Source of the DNA: the human T2T-CHM13v2.0 reference genome, Homo sapiens
Reading direction: 5' to 3' (one strand)
Assembly (NCBI RefSeq): GCF_009914755.1
Contig: NC_060928.1
DNA length: 64,000 nucleotides
Shown: one piece after another, positions 1-13,340 of the stretch
Numbering within the stretch: position 1 is the first letter of the stretch
How the letters are laid out: each line of letters opens with the position of its first letter
Translations under genes and position numbers: made by a program
The notes under the pieces: generated by a model
Told to the model about the DNA's origin: nothing
What the model saw: the letters and a program-made list of their open reading frames with translations, nothing else
Database searches by the model: none

Positions 1-1043
1 ATAGTAGTCCACAGTGCCTATTGTTCCCATGTTTATGTCTATACGTACTCAGTGCTTAGCTCCCTGTTCCCATGTTTATGTCTGTATGTACTCAGTGCTT
101 AGCTCCCTGTTCCCGTGTTTATGTCTATATGTACTCAATGCTTAGTTTTAAATGAGAACACGTGGTATTTGGTTTTTTGTTCCTGTATTAATTCATTTAG
201 GATAATGGCCTCCAGCTGCATCCATGTTGCTGCAAAGTACATGATTTCATTCTTTTTTTATAGCTGCATAGTATCCCATGGTGTATATGTGCCACATTTT
301 CTTTATCTAGTCCACTGTTGATGGGCATCTAGGTTGATTCCACATCTTTACTATTGTGCAGCAATGAACATAGGGGTGCATATGTCTTTTTTTTTAAACA
401 ACTTATTTTCCTTTGGATATATACCCAATAATGGGATTGTTGGATTGAATGATAGTTCTGTTTTAAGTTCTTTGAGAAATCTCCAAACTGCTTTCCACAG
501 TGGCTGAACTAATTTACATTCCCATTAAGAATGTATAAGCATTCTGCTTTCTCTGTAACCTTGCCAACACGTGTTGTGTTTTTGGCTTTTTAATAATAGC
601 CATTCTGACTCATGTGAGATGGTATATCATTGTGGTTTTGATTTGCATTTCTCTGATAATGAGTGATGAGAAGCAGTTTTCCATATGTTTGTTGGCCGCT
701 TATGTGTCTTTTGAGAAGTGTCTGTTAATGTCCTTTCCCATTTTTAAATAGGGCTGTTTGTTTTTTTGCTTGATGATTTGTGTAAGTTCCTTATAGACCC
801 TGGATATTAGACCTTTGTTGGATGCATGGTTTGTGAATATTTTCTCCCATTCTGTAGGTTGTCTGTTTAGTCTGTTGATGGTTTCTTTTGCTGTGTGAAG
901 TCTCTTTAGTTTAATTAGGTCCCACTTGTCGATTTTTGTTTTTGTTGCAATGACTTTTGGGAACCTAGTCATAAATTCTTTGCCAAGGTCAATGTCAAGA
1001 AGAGTATTTCCTAGGTTGTCTTCTAGGATTTTTATAGTTTGAG
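1..1043 (-). mobile_element. 5'-truncated older primate LINE-1 (L1PA15/16-like), ORF2 C-terminal region plus 3'UTR; runs off the window start
   Basis: ORF 700..1053(-) reads [13 protein letters not shown]...[11 protein letters not shown]...KGLISR, i.e. L1 ORF2p. Bases 1-350 resemble the old L1PA 3'UTR in antisense (ggataatggcctccagctgcatccatgttgctgcaaag). Confidence 0.93.
22..145. repeat. Tandem repeat, ~2.9 copies of a 43-bp unit inside the L1 3'UTR
   Basis: Units at 22-64, 65-107 and 108-145: tgttcccatgtttatgtct(a/g)ta(c/t)gtactcagtgcttagctccc. Confidence 0.95.
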
Positions 1044-1320
1044 CAGACTTCACTTCTTAAAGGGAGACATATCAAGGTCACATTGTATATGAGACATGGG
1101 ATGGGAAATATTATAGCCATCTTTGGAAAACGTGATGTACTATGGAGCTTATGTAAGTATTTATATGCACTCACATCTGAGGTAATCTCTTTCAGTCTCA
1201 TAAATTTAATTAAATGCCATATACAAACTAATGAGTTCCAAGTCTATATCTCCAGTCCTGACTTCCGCCCTGAGTTCTAGATCTATATATTCAACTGCCT
1301 ACTTGAGATTTCCACTGAAT

Positions 1321-1710
1321 GTTATGGCAGAGATTTTTAGTTGTCTCACAACATCCAATCTTATTCTACAGTGTTATAATTTTGGATGAACACATGGTAA
1401 CTCAGAATAAAGCTTATCATTTACCCCTACCCTCACTCCTGATGTTTGGTGTAGTTATGTCACAAAATTTTGGCTAAGAGGATAAAAGGGAGTGCTGTTG
1501 GACAGCTTCTGAGACCCTTTGCTCATTCTTCTACCTTTCTCCATTCTGATGCTTGGACTAGAGCTTAATCTTGAACTAGGAGATGATGTCCACACTCCAG
1601 ATCTCATAGAGAAGAAAGTTGGAATGATTTTCTTCCTCCAGGCTCTTATGCGGAAGAGATTAAAAACTCTATCTTATTTAAGCTACCTAACTTACAGTTA
1701 AACCTAATCA
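1321..1710. mobile_element. Degenerate MaLR (MLT1-like) LTR nested in L2
   Basis: Splits the L2. The end resembles MLT1 termini (tcttatttaagctacc...ttacagttaaacctaatc). Recalled similarity only. Confidence 0.5.
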
Positions 1711-2432
1711 TTTCAGACTGGACATGGCAAAACAGAACTCCTAATTTCCCTCTGTTAATCTGCCTGTTACTTGGATGTCTTCATATTCGTAAATCACACC
1801 CATATTCACTCAATTGCTTAGAAATCTAGGAGTTACCACTAATTCCTTCCTTTCTCTTGGAGTCCACATATATGACACATGTAAATCCCAACATCTCTAC
1901 CTTTAAAAACCTAACTACTTCTACTATCATGGTTTAAGCCGACATCATCTTTTACTTAAACTACTCCTGTCCCTAACTGTGTCTCTGCTTCCACTTTTGC
2001 TTCCTTATAACCCATAAATACATCAGATTATATCACTAGCTGCTTCAAAACCATCTACTGGCTTTCTGTCACACTTGGGAAGACATCTTAAAGGCTTACC
2101 ATGGTCAAAGAATCCTACACCATGTAAGACCTGGGTATCTCGAATCCCATCTCCTACCTGTCTCCTCCTTGCTCACTCCATTCCCTTCCCAGTGATCTTC
2201 TTGTTGTGCCTTAAATATTCCTGCATCAAGGCCTTTGCAAATGCAGTTCTTTCTGCCTGATACTCCCTCAAATTTCTACTTGGTTCACTCCTTTACTTTC
2301 TTAAAACTTCTGCTTGGATGGTACATTGTCAGAATGAGCTTTCTTGACTATTCTTTCTAAAACTTCACTCTACTCTCTATCACTCTCCACTTCTTACCCA
2401 GTGTTATTTCATTTATTGCTACTTAATGTGTA

Positions 2433-2884
2433 TGTGGTAGATGCTGTGATGTGCCACACAAATTTCTCCCCTTCAGAACTGAAGTACACATTCCTCCAGC
2501 TACTTGGAGTGTTGGTGGTACTTCTTAGCTGAATGTCCCACTGAGTCCTGTTAGCCATGAAACTCTTAGCCTTGATGGAAGACTGTTGCCTTGCCCATCT
2601 TCACTTCCCCTTTCTGGAGGCAGCACACATCTACTGGCTGTTGATGTGGAAGAATAAAAGCCTGGCCATTTTGCTTCAATGGAGAGCCACTCTGAAGAGC
2701 CGCTTCAGCTTCAGAGCTCCCCATGGGACCTGCTAAGGCTCCTGTGGAGACTCATCACAGCCCATCTTCTCCCTTTGCCACTCCTGCTTAATTTACTTCT
2801 CCCTCAGCACTTCATAGGAATGGGCTCTGAGAGTGCTTCTTAGTAAATGTCAGTCTCCTCCCTGAAGAAAATAACCTAGGACAC
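2433..2884. mobile_element. ERVL LTR16-like solo LTR nested in L2
   Basis: Begins tgtggtagatgctgtg and ends gtcagtctcctccctgaagaaaataacctaggaca (TG...CA). Internal ccactctgaagagccgcttcagcttcagagctccccatggg resembles LTR16. Confidence 0.65.
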
Positions 2885-3127
2885 ATATTTTTACTTGTCT
2901 CTTGTTTATTGTTGATATCTCCCAGTAGAATGCAATCTCAATGAGGGCAAGGATTTTTTATCAGTTTTGTTTGCTACTGAATCCCAGTACCTAGAACACA
3001 GAGCTTCAAAAATATTTAATAAATAAATGGCCTTGTTTAGGATGACAAAACTAGTAATCCTTGAAGCTAGAGTTCAAACTAAATTTGGAATTCAGAGCTG
3101 TTCCTCTCTCACACTATAAGTGGAATG

Positions 3128-3349
3128 CAGGGTTTCTCAACAGAAGAACCAGATAATCTTGGACCAGATAATTTTTTATTGTGGGAGCACTCCTGTGCCT
3201 TATAGGATGCTTAGCAACATCCCTGGCCTCTGCCTACTAGATGCCTGTAGCATTCCCACCTCACCCCCAAGTTGTGATAACAAAAACTGTCTGCAGGTAT
3301 TGACAGGTATTCCTCGGGGGCAAAATTGTGCCCAATTGAAAATCACTGG
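3128..3349 (-). mobile_element. MER20 (hAT-Charlie MITE)
   Basis: Termini cagggtttctcaac ... ttgaaaatcactg. Internal gcaacatccctggcctctgcctactagatgcc is the MER20 core in reverse. Confidence 0.85.
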
Positions 3350-4427
3350 CCTACGGTGGTTTTGACTGATTGGCAATAATATTCCACTCACTAATATTAA
3401 AAAGTTCTAATAGTAGTTCATGTTTCCTGCTGAAAGTTTGTTTCTTTGGTTGTTTCACATCCATAAATACACTTTAATGGAGATCTGATTTCACAGAGTC
3501 ATGTGAATAACTACTGTTTTTACAAATGGGGATGGCTAGCATGATTTTCAGGGCTGATGTGAGTGAAGCCACTGGGTAACAGAAAGAAACACATATGCAC
3601 TGTTATAATTAGTGTGTCTGTTTTAGGCTGCATATCAGTTTACAGAGCTTTGCCCATGTGTGTTGAAGACAAAAGAAAGACTTTAGGAATGAGAATCCAG
3701 CAATGAATTGTAGGATATTTTTGTCAAGGTAAATTAATCTTCCTTTTGCTTTCATCCTTTTGTTTCAATTCATTCTTATTAAACTTTCATAGAAAATATC
3801 CTGTGTTTTTGTATTATCATCCATACTACCTTCTTTTATTGAAAAATCCATAAAGTAAAGGGAATCAGTTTTCATGCTGTCTTTGAAAACACCGGGCACT
3901 ATGCTTCAGAATTATTTTTGTTGCTTCTGCTGATGATAATGGTTACACTATATAACCTCATGCCAGATATAAATAGTGAAGTGACAATTATACTGCATAC
4001 AATGGAATGTATCACCGTTGCTTTTGGCTTCACGGAGTCCTCTGTATTCACACAAAAGAGTGAAGCTACTTACAGGATTTTCGGAAAAAAATGATGTACT
4101 TTTCCAAAGAATGGTGGGAGAAGGATATCCTTTCTCATTAGTCACCAGAAATGTGCTTCCTCCTTCCATGTCAAAGGAGAAGTAGAATTGGGTGTTTTAA
4201 TTTAGTGATTCTTTTGATGTTTTTTGGGGGATAGAATTTCCATTTCTTTCTGATTTTGTATCAACCTTGAATGTGGAATTAAAATAGCAAATCTCTACTT
4301 TGTATTTTATATATAAATAAAAATTCTACATATTACATATGTAGCTGATATTAATATGTATTATATACACAATATAATTTTATTACATATTATATTATTA
4401 ATAATATATATATTTCCTTTTTTCCTC

Positions 4428-4612
4428 ATTAGTTGGGTATGACTTTGATCAAGTTATTTAATCATTTTATGTCTCGGTTTCCTCATGCGTAAAATAGGAA
4501 TAAGAATAGAATTTATCTCATAAAGTTGTTTTGGACATGGCATGAATATAATGCATAGGTACTTAGAATATTATACACAGTGTATACACTCAATAAACCT
4601 AGCAATTGTTAA
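4428..4612 (+). mobile_element. MIR SINE
   Basis: Core gactttgatcaagttatttaatc...tctcggtttcctcatgcgtaaaataggaataa; 3' end acactcaataaa. Confidence 0.8.
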
Positions 4613-4684
4613 TATTATATTCTTTCTCTCTCTCTTTCTATATATATGCACACACACATAACTATGATTTTTAATTTATACTAC

Positions 4685-4985
4685 ATAGGTTTATTGAATA
4701 TTAATTACGTGCCATGATTTTACTAGGTGAGCATTAGAAACATAGTGGTAGACAAGTTTACTTTGGTCCTTCTGTCACAGAGCATACATTCCAATAAGGA
4801 TGACAAACCAAAACCAATTTCATAAACAAATAAAAAATAACTGCAATTCATAAGAGCCAAGATAGAAACCAGGTAGAGAATAAAGCAGCCAGGGTAGAGA
4901 ATAAGGAGGGTAAGGGTGAGAGGCCTCTTAGGTGCTCAGGGAATGCCTCTCTGAGAAAGTGGTGTCAGAGCTGAGACTGGAGGGC
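4685..4985 (-). mobile_element. L2 3' fragment
   Basis: tttattgaatattaattacgtgcca...cagggaatgcctctctgagaaagtggtgtcagagctgagac resembles an antisense L2 tail. Confidence 0.6.
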
Positions 4986-5264
4986 TTGTGTTATGTGGCC
5001 TCATGGCTGTGGATGAATGAGTACAGTTATCATGGATTTGCCTGACCAAATGCAGGTGACATATCTTCCATAGCTCTTGTTATTCTCCATATCCCTTTTG
5101 CCATCACAATGGGAAATGGGGCTTAGAAATATATACAGACACTTTCTCACCAATTGACTTAACTGGGGGCTAACCATTAAGTAGTGAATCCCCCAGACCA
5201 CTCACTTTTGGTTAGGGTTTGAGTTATTTTGAGTTAGGGTTCATGGAAGTCATTTGGGATGTGA

Positions 5265-5583
<319 letters not shown>

Positions 5584-5952
5584 TATGCAATCAGGTATTT
5601 GTAATAATGAAAGCAGTAATTCAGAAATATGTTAAGCCTGACAAAAGTCTTTTCTTGCTGGCAGCTGCAGCTGTCTGGGTCCCTAGAGGTTCATCTTACT
5701 TACTGAAATGTGGTTTTTAATTTTAAACCAAGAAAAACAAAACTCCAATGTATTTGATTTTTCAAAAGAAAAAGTTATTTAACAAGTCAAAATGAAAGTA
5801 ATATATGCATAAAGAGTACAGAAAGTTTAATATGAGAACTAAAACTCACCTTTTTCTTCAGGCCACCACTCCTTGTCCCCAGTGATCTCTTCAAGGGTAA
5901 CCACTTAGATTCTTAGTAATTTTTATAGAAAATTTAGCATGGATATCATACA

Positions 5953-5954
<2 letters not shown>

Positions 5955-5998
<44 letters not shown>
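5955..5998. repeat. (TG)22 microsatellite
   Basis: Read directly from the sequence. Confidence 0.98.
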
Positions 5999-5999
<1 letters not shown>

Positions 6000-6009
6000 A
6001 TTCCAAGTC

Positions 6010-6840
6010 TTCACAAATGGGGTTGTATTATAAATACTGATATATACCTGGCTCTTTCACTTAATCAGAAGGCTAAGTGACCATCTGTTTGAGTCCCTAG
6101 AAATATACTGTTTTTTTATGATTGTACAATGTCTTTTTTTATGACAGTATCACAAAATATTGTATTTTAGTCTTATCAATAAGTCTTTGGATTATTTTCC
6201 TGATTATTTTTATTATAAATAATTCTGTAAAGAACATTCTAGTCAGTGGGAATATTATCTGTTCAGTAGGCTCAATTTCTAACAATGGAATCGCTGAGTC
6301 AAAGAATGTTTATTCATTGTTGATTTTGATCATTACTAAATTTTACCAATCTGTAAGGTGAAAACTTATATGTGATTTGAATTTTTTTTACTTTTGATTC
6401 AGATTGATACCTTTTGCTGATTACTTGTCATTTTATTTTCATTTCTTTGAATTGCTTATTTACATTAATTGATCAGTTTTTTATTATCTTTTTTCTGGTC
6501 CTTTTCTTACTAATTTGTACAAGCATTGTATAAATTAGAAAATTAGCTCTCAACTGTCAAAATATGATGCCAACCTTTTCTTTTTTGTTATTGATCTTTT
6601 AACTTTCTATTTTTTGGCATTTTTCTTAATAGTTCCTTGGTTTTGTGTCATGTTTAGGAAGGCCTTTCATATTACAAAATTAAAGAAATATTTCCCCATG
6701 TTTTCTTTTGATACATTTATGGTTTCATTTTGTAATTCAAAATTTCAGATCCATCTGGAATTTATTTTGGCATAAGGAGTCATTTCCTTTTCAAAATGAT
6801 GAAGCAGTTGTCACCATATTATTTATTGAATAATATGTTA
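6010..6840 (-). mobile_element. Ancient L1M (L1ME-like) fragment
   Basis: T-rich antisense ORF2-like text, e.g. gtcatgtttaggaaggcctttc and atccatctggaatttattttggcataagg. Confidence 0.6.
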
Positions 6841-9800
6841 ATGACTCATTATTACTCTAATAAAGTGTATGGCTTAGATTTCGGAATCAGAAATAACTAA
6901 ATTCAAATGTTGGTGTGAATGTTCTTTTGTTAGATTTAATATAGGCTTAATAGTGTAGAGTCACAATATCTTAACTGAAGCTCTTGGCACCACATGCATT
7001 ATACTTCACTATGAAGGATCTCTACCTGCATTCCCTGGTTGAACCTGCTAATTAGGAGGTTTACAGGGTGTCAGGTCATGGTGGCTGTCATCTCTTCCTA
7101 TTGGTATCCACTGAAATCCCCATATTTCATCAGGTTTCTGGTTGTTGATCTACTTAGATCTCTTTCCAAGCCCTGAATAGTCTTCATTCTCTCAGATACT
7201 CTCAGCTCTCATTCTCTCAGCTACTTCTGAACCCCTTCCCTTGCGCAGGACATATTTCTCTATTCTTCTGAATCTTTATGGGTGGGACTATGGGGAACTT
7301 TCTGCAGTTATCTCAGACCCCTATTGCCCAGAATTTCCATGCAGCCATCTTTATTACAGTGTTCCCTGTGGCAGGCTGGTGTCTGGGGATATTCTGTGAG
7401 GCTTACCGCCTCTCTGACCTCCGCCCATGGTATCTCTCCCTTCTCAGATCCACTAAAGTTATCTGGAGGCTCCAGTCTTATCAACCATCCTCTTGTTCAG
7501 ACACCCAGAGCATCTCAAACCCCGTTTTTACCTTTTGCATGCTCCTCTTCTTTCCGTCCCAGTGGCAAACTTCAGCTCTGTCTGGGGATGGCTGGGTAGG
7601 AAAAACTGGTTCTGAGAAACTTACCATTAAAGATCTTTTTGTCCTATGCCTGGATATCAGCCTTTGGTAATCCAAAGGCAAGGATTTAATTCTTTTGTTC
7701 TCTTCACTAAAGTATCAACCCTACCCTAAAGCAAGAGACATCTCAAAGTCTTTGATAGGGAAGAGACACAGGTTAAGAAGGAATCACTGAAGAGAAAGCA
7801 CATTAGTTAATATGTTGGAATTCTAGTCCTCTATGTTACTATGATATTCAATACTATAGAAAAACCAACTTTCAGAGTTAAAAAAAAAGATTAAACAAAG
7901 CCAAATTTATTACTTTTCCAGGTTTAATAAAACAATTTTAAGGGGTTTCATAGTCATCATTATAAAAAATGTCAACATAGCCATTCAATGAACTTAGTTG
8001 GACTTTAGCCAATTGGTGAATATTATAAATACCTGCAAATATGTTTCATTATTAGGTGTTGCCATCTTGGCCCTGCTTCCTACAGAGTTATAAATTCTCT
8101 CATCATTGACTCCTGGTCCACAGAATATCTTTGTTATACCTAATAGAAACACCCCTAGGTATCCATTATTGTGATGTATTTTTCCTTTTCTCCTCCAGCA
8201 TTCCAATATCCTGGTCTCTCATAGTCAAAATTTTCTATTGGGAGAAAGCAATTGAAGGGCTGCCTTAATTATTCAGATTTATTTTTCCTTGAAATGTATT
8301 TTGAAGATTTTGATTTTGGCAGTAATGAATTTCATACGAACATTTTACTGGTTATCAAAATAATTTGCAAGAACCAACTAGGGCCATAATGTTGAATAAA
8401 AAGTATTTAAAATATTCTATAGTACATTAAGATTTTTCACTTGAAATTATTATGCAGTATGAAATGGATAATTTTTGACTGCTTGAAAATATTTCAGTCA
8501 CTAAACTAAGTTTAGATTTAGATTTCCCAAAGCCAAGAAAATGTTAACATGATGTTCCACCTACAATTTTAGGAGGAAGTCTATATAATTCTTGAATTTA
8601 AATGTGGATCACTAATTATAGTTATAACACTAAATTATTCCTGAGTGGGTTTGTTTAGTATTCAAATGTCATCCCAGAGGAGGAATCTTTTATCTATAGA
8701 GCTGTCATAGATAAGCAATATAATTCGAACCCTCTTTCTAACTAAAATTTATTTTTAACTTGAAAGAACACATCACACTGCCCACCCACTTACTCACTGA
8801 GAATTGTGCCAGTGTGTGGAATCCCTGCTACAAAATTAGCTAAATTATTTTGCCAGGAATTCAGGGTAAGCTAAGTTCATTTTGGACCTTGTCCAACAAA
8901 ATTTATTTAGAGTTAATACTAGAGAAGAATCTCACTTGAAAACATTTCACCTATATGTATGCGGTGTCTTGGTAGACAGGGTGCCTGAGGACAGTGGCAT
9001 AGCAACTTTCCAGTGAGGTAATTTAATTTGTTAAATTAAATAATTAGATTTATTCCTCATGTTGCCTTGGGGTGATGAGGAGGAGTTAAGGACATGGAGA
9101 AAAAAGGGCACAGTAAATTTTGGTGGTTATTTTTAAGTCTGATTAATGATGTTTTAACTGCAGGTCATAGATTTAGCCGATGGACTTTCGCAATTCAGGA
9201 AAACTGTCAGAGAAGACTCATTCTCACTGAAGGTTCATTTAGGTTGTCAGTAGCAAAGAAAAAGATATTGTACGAAGCTGCCTTGGAGGCACTCGCATAA
9301 AAATTATGTTACCATTTATCTATAGTTGCATTGAGTTATTCTTATAAACTGATGATACTACCAACCCAAATTGACAATTCTTGAGAATACACACACACAC
9401 ACGCACATGAAAAGTTTTCATAAAAATGCTGTTTGATAATTTGTGTCCTGTTATCTCTAACAAGTAAACAGGTAAAAATAAAATACCTTCATGCGGTGAA
9501 GAAGTATAAACTGAAAAATAGACTCCTATTTTGAAACCTAGAAAAAAGTTGTGCTTTAAACTTTTCTCTGTCAAATGAGAATTGCTTAATTCTTATACTT
9601 AAGGAACGTGGGAAATGAAAAGGCAGAATGTATAGTGTTGGTCCTTTGATGGAATTTCTGAGAAAAAACAAACTATTCCAGATGATGACTAAATCACATA
9701 GTTTTAAATCTTCTGTAGATTTTTAATGGTTTTTTTTCAAAAACGCATATTGTTCAATATAATAAATATTTGTAGAGTCAGGAAAATGACAAATTCTTTC

Positions 9801-10649
9801 TTCCTAACAATTTTACAATGAAAAGTAATGGTAGTCCAACTACCGAAAATTCTAAGAAATTTGTGGCTTTCAGTTGTGACTATGACAAAGAAAGTGACTA
9901 CAGAATGTGTCACATTCCATCAAAGTCACTCAGGGCTTTGTTACTCTTTAAAAATGCTTCTTGGTGGATTCACAAATGTGCAGTATGATACAAAAAAGAA
10001 AAAAATCACACCAGTTAGTATCTTTGCTAGAGTTTTGTAGAAATTTAAGATTATGATAATCCCCACCATTCATCCTTTTGAACCACAAAATTATAGAAAC
10101 TTGATTTATACTCTACAGTATATTTTTTGATGGCTTAAAGTATAGAATGCAACTTATTTATCTGTGATTCTTCTAGAAGGGTAGGGAAGAGAAATCATTT
10201 TAAAAAGTGTATCAGAAACCAAGCTGAGAAGAGTTGAGGAGCACATCTGGGCTGGATTCACGTCTATGTAATTCACTGTGAGAATTCCCATTGAATTACA
10301 CAGGACAATAATTAGACCCAGAGAAACAGATCAGTGCTTTTCTAACTTAACATTTTTATCGTCATTTCCCCCACCACACACACTCTTTTAAGTAGTTATT
10401 TGCAGGCTTACCAATGATAATTTTTAAGTATTTGAATATGTTAAATTAAATATTCAGTTATGATAGTTAAGTAAATAAAGCTGTTGAGTTCTGTCTTGCA
10501 TGTACGACTCCCTTTCTGACTTTCATAAACATTCAGAAGACTCCAGCTCATTCAGAGAATTTTCACTAAGAATTTATTTGCTTTTTAAAATACAGAAAAG
10601 TCATAAAATAGAAAAAGTTTAGGCAAAGACTTCCCTTTGCCTGCTTGGG

Positions 10650-11165
10650 TGGATGAATGAATGAACTAGTGCATCACACTGACTGCCTGCTCTGTGTCAG
10701 GTTCTACTTGAGGCCCCAGATACTAGCAAGCCCTCCAGGTTCTCACAGTCTAATGAGATGTAGCAATGTAAACAGCTACTTTTTATATGATGTGAAAAAA
10801 CAGAAGTATTAATGAAATGCTGTGGGAACATAAACTAACTAGGGAGTAGTAATTCTGCCTTGGTGGTACTTGGGTTTTGATTTTGATCAGAGAAAATTAG
10901 AACAGGTAATATTTAAGGTAGTTTTGAAGAATGAGTAAAATTTTCCAGAAAGTTTGGGGAATGTAATTCCTGGTAGAGGGAAGCCTGTGAATAAATGCAG
11001 TGGCAGGAGCATTCACAGTGTGAGATTCTAACCGGTGTGGACATGTAGAGAGTCAAGTGTGAGGCGATGAAGGGAGTGAGAGAGGAGTAGGTAGCATGGG
11101 GACCTGGAAGGTAGGTGGAGGCCAGATGAGGAGGTTCTATCCTCAGCATTTTTTTCCTCTGTCCT
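10650..11165 (-). mobile_element. L2 fragment (further pieces to ~12700)
   Basis: tgcctgctctgtgtcagg...ctcacagtctaatg...aaatgctgtgggaaca are antisense L2 motifs. Confidence 0.55.
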
Positions 11166-11685
11166 CTAGGCTCCTTACCTATTTTGGGTCATGGACCTCT
11201 TAGGGCAGTGGTTTGCAAAATTCATTGCGTATTAGAATCACCTACGGAGATTTAAAAAATCGTTCAGAAACCTAGGCCACATCCCATAGAGCCTCTGGGA
11301 ATGAGATCCAGGACTCAATAATTTAAAAATCTCCAGATGCTTTCAGTGTAAAATAGTGCTTCTCAGAGTGTGGTCCCATGATCAGCAGCATTAGTATCAG
11401 CCAAGAACTTGGTAAAAATGCCAATTCCCAGACCAAAATTCAGACCTAGTGAATTTGAAACTATGATGGGGTCCAGCAATCTGTGTTTTAAAAAGCTCTC
11501 CAGGAGGTTTTCATGTATGCTAAAGTTTGAGAGTCACTGTCATAGAGAATCTAATGAAGCTGATAGTTTTTCCAGAACATGTACCGCATGTTGAATTTTA
11601 AACATAATTCTAGGTGGTAGATGGAAATTCCCTCTGATCCCTTTCCATTTTCTCCCCCAAATCCTGGAATCCAGGTTAAGAATTC
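11165..11685. mobile_element. Nest of hAT-Charlie MITEs: outer element with MER5B-like (11205-11350) and MER5A (11354-11539) inserts
   Basis: MER5A: tagtgcttctcagagtgtggtccc...ggggtccagcaatctgtgtttt...aaagtttgagagtcactg. The outer element's halves (ttttgggtcatggacc / agagaatctaatgaagct...ccaggttaagaa) flank the inserts. Confidence 0.7.
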
Positions 11686-12102
11686 TTTCTCTGGGCAGTG
11701 AGTGCCACTGACAATATTTCAGTAAAAGAGGGACAGGAGAAACTTTGGTTATAGAATGATGACTGCTGTAATTTAAACAATGAAATGGAATGGGGAGAGG
11801 CTGAAGTTAACCACATCATGCAGGAGGTTTTGGGATTATAAAATAAAATAGAACATGGTGACACAGAGGTTGTGTGTGGTGATCGAAAGGGAACAGAAAA
11901 TGATTCCAAGGTTTCTAACTTGAGCTCAGAGTGAATGAAAACTACTTGGGAGAGGGACTATAAAAAGAGAAGGCTTGGAGGCAAATAATGGTAATTACTG
12001 GACATGTATGGGGAGTGCATTAAAAACAGGTCTAGAGCTTAGTTGAGAGATGTAGGTTGTGGATAACTATATAGCCACATATATAAACAGGTAGATGTAG
12101 AC

Positions 12103-12311
12103 CATTTCTCATCCTCTGTTGACATTTTGGGTCTGCTAATTCTTCATTTTAGAGGGATATTTTGTGCATTTTAAGCTATTTATTGGCATTCCAGCTCTCT
12201 ATCCACTAGATGCCAGCAGCCAATACCCTCTGCAGTGATGACAACCAAAAATGTCTTCAGACATTGCCTAATGTCTTTTGGTGGCAAAATCATCCCCCAT
12301 TGAGAACCACA
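12103..12311 (-). mobile_element. MER20
   Basis: tatccactagatgccagcagc...gacaaccaaaaatgtcttcagacattgcc...ggcaaaatcatcccccattgagaaccac. Confidence 0.85.
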
Positions 12312-13303
12312 GGTGTAAATGAAACCTGGCGAGTAGATGAGATTATTATTGACTAAGTGGAGGGCAAGTGGTGAAGGAGGATCCATTAAGTGTTCATAAA
12401 GATTGGGAGAAAGTGGCATCAAGACAGCACAAAAAGGCTGAGTTCCCCAAAGAAGGTGGTTGGGTATCAAACACTACCCAGGAGAATAAGAATTGAGAAG
12501 AGGCCTTTGGATTTGGTGATCCGGGGATTATTGTGAAACAGATTCAATAGACAGCTATTGAAGAGTGACGTGAAAGTGACACTGCAGGAGGTGGAAGAAT
12601 AAACAAGAAAAAGTGGAGATTGCGAATCTAGATTACTTCTCTAAGGGATTGGTTAGGAAAAGATAGAAGAGGAGAAAGAGGCAAAAAGAATAGGGAGATT
12701 GCTTATTTTAGGACATAAGAGACTAGCAAACATGGTGGACTGATAGGGAAGTGCCAGTGTTTCCAGATAAATATAGAGCTTTAGGCTGGCCCAGAATCTT
12801 TTCTTTACTAAGAGCTCAAAATACAGATAATATTAATTATGAAGGAGAGTATGAAAATATAAATTATAGCAGCAACATATTGAATAATTGCAACAAGTAT
12901 AGTTGTTGCTTATTTCATGTCTATCATCTAACTATTAATTTTTACCAGATAAAATTAGTACATTAGGGAATACATTTAATCTACAATACAGGAAAGTCCT
13001 GTTGATATGATTTTGCCTGTGGGCTGGGTGACTGTATTAGTAGTGATGATTTTCTTTTTTCTTTTTTAGCTTCTGTCTTTAATCTTTTCTTTTGCTTCTT
13101 CATAACCAGCATGAGTGCAGGGGACACACATACCATTTGGTACAAGCCTTGTTTGTCTTGCCTTGGGTCTGGAACCACTTTTGCAGTAACACATTTAGAA
13201 AAGAGAAATCAAGAGCAAAAAAGGCTTCAATATAGTTTATTTTTTTTTGCCAGTAACTTTCTTGTTGCACAAATATTATATATGAAATTATTCTTTCTAA
13301 ACA

Positions 13304-13305
<2 letters not shown>

Positions 13306-13339
<34 letters not shown>
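13306..13339. repeat. (TG)17 microsatellite
   Basis: Read directly from the sequence. Confidence 0.98.

Positions 13340-13340
<1 letters not shown>

Larger units (their letters stand above)
1215..3030 (+). mobile_element. Fragmented L2 LINE 3' region, interrupted by two LTRs
   Basis: L2-type segments at 1235-1320 (tatatctccagtcctgacttcc...tattcaactgcctacttgagatttccac), 1710-2425, and a 3' end at 2890-3030 (gagggcaaggatttt...cccagtacctagaaca...aaatatttaataaataaatg). Confidence 0.75.

Noticed and set aside
22-145. CRISPR-like appearance of regular repeats
   Set aside because: Head-to-tail units with no unique spacers, inside an L1 in primate DNA.
5205-5242. Two TTAGGG hexamers
   Set aside because: Not tandem and too few for an interstitial telomeric repeat.
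7278-7670. 130-aa ORF with overlapping ORFs in a GC-richer block
   Set aside because: No recognisable domain or splice context; probably a decayed repeat or a chance ORF.
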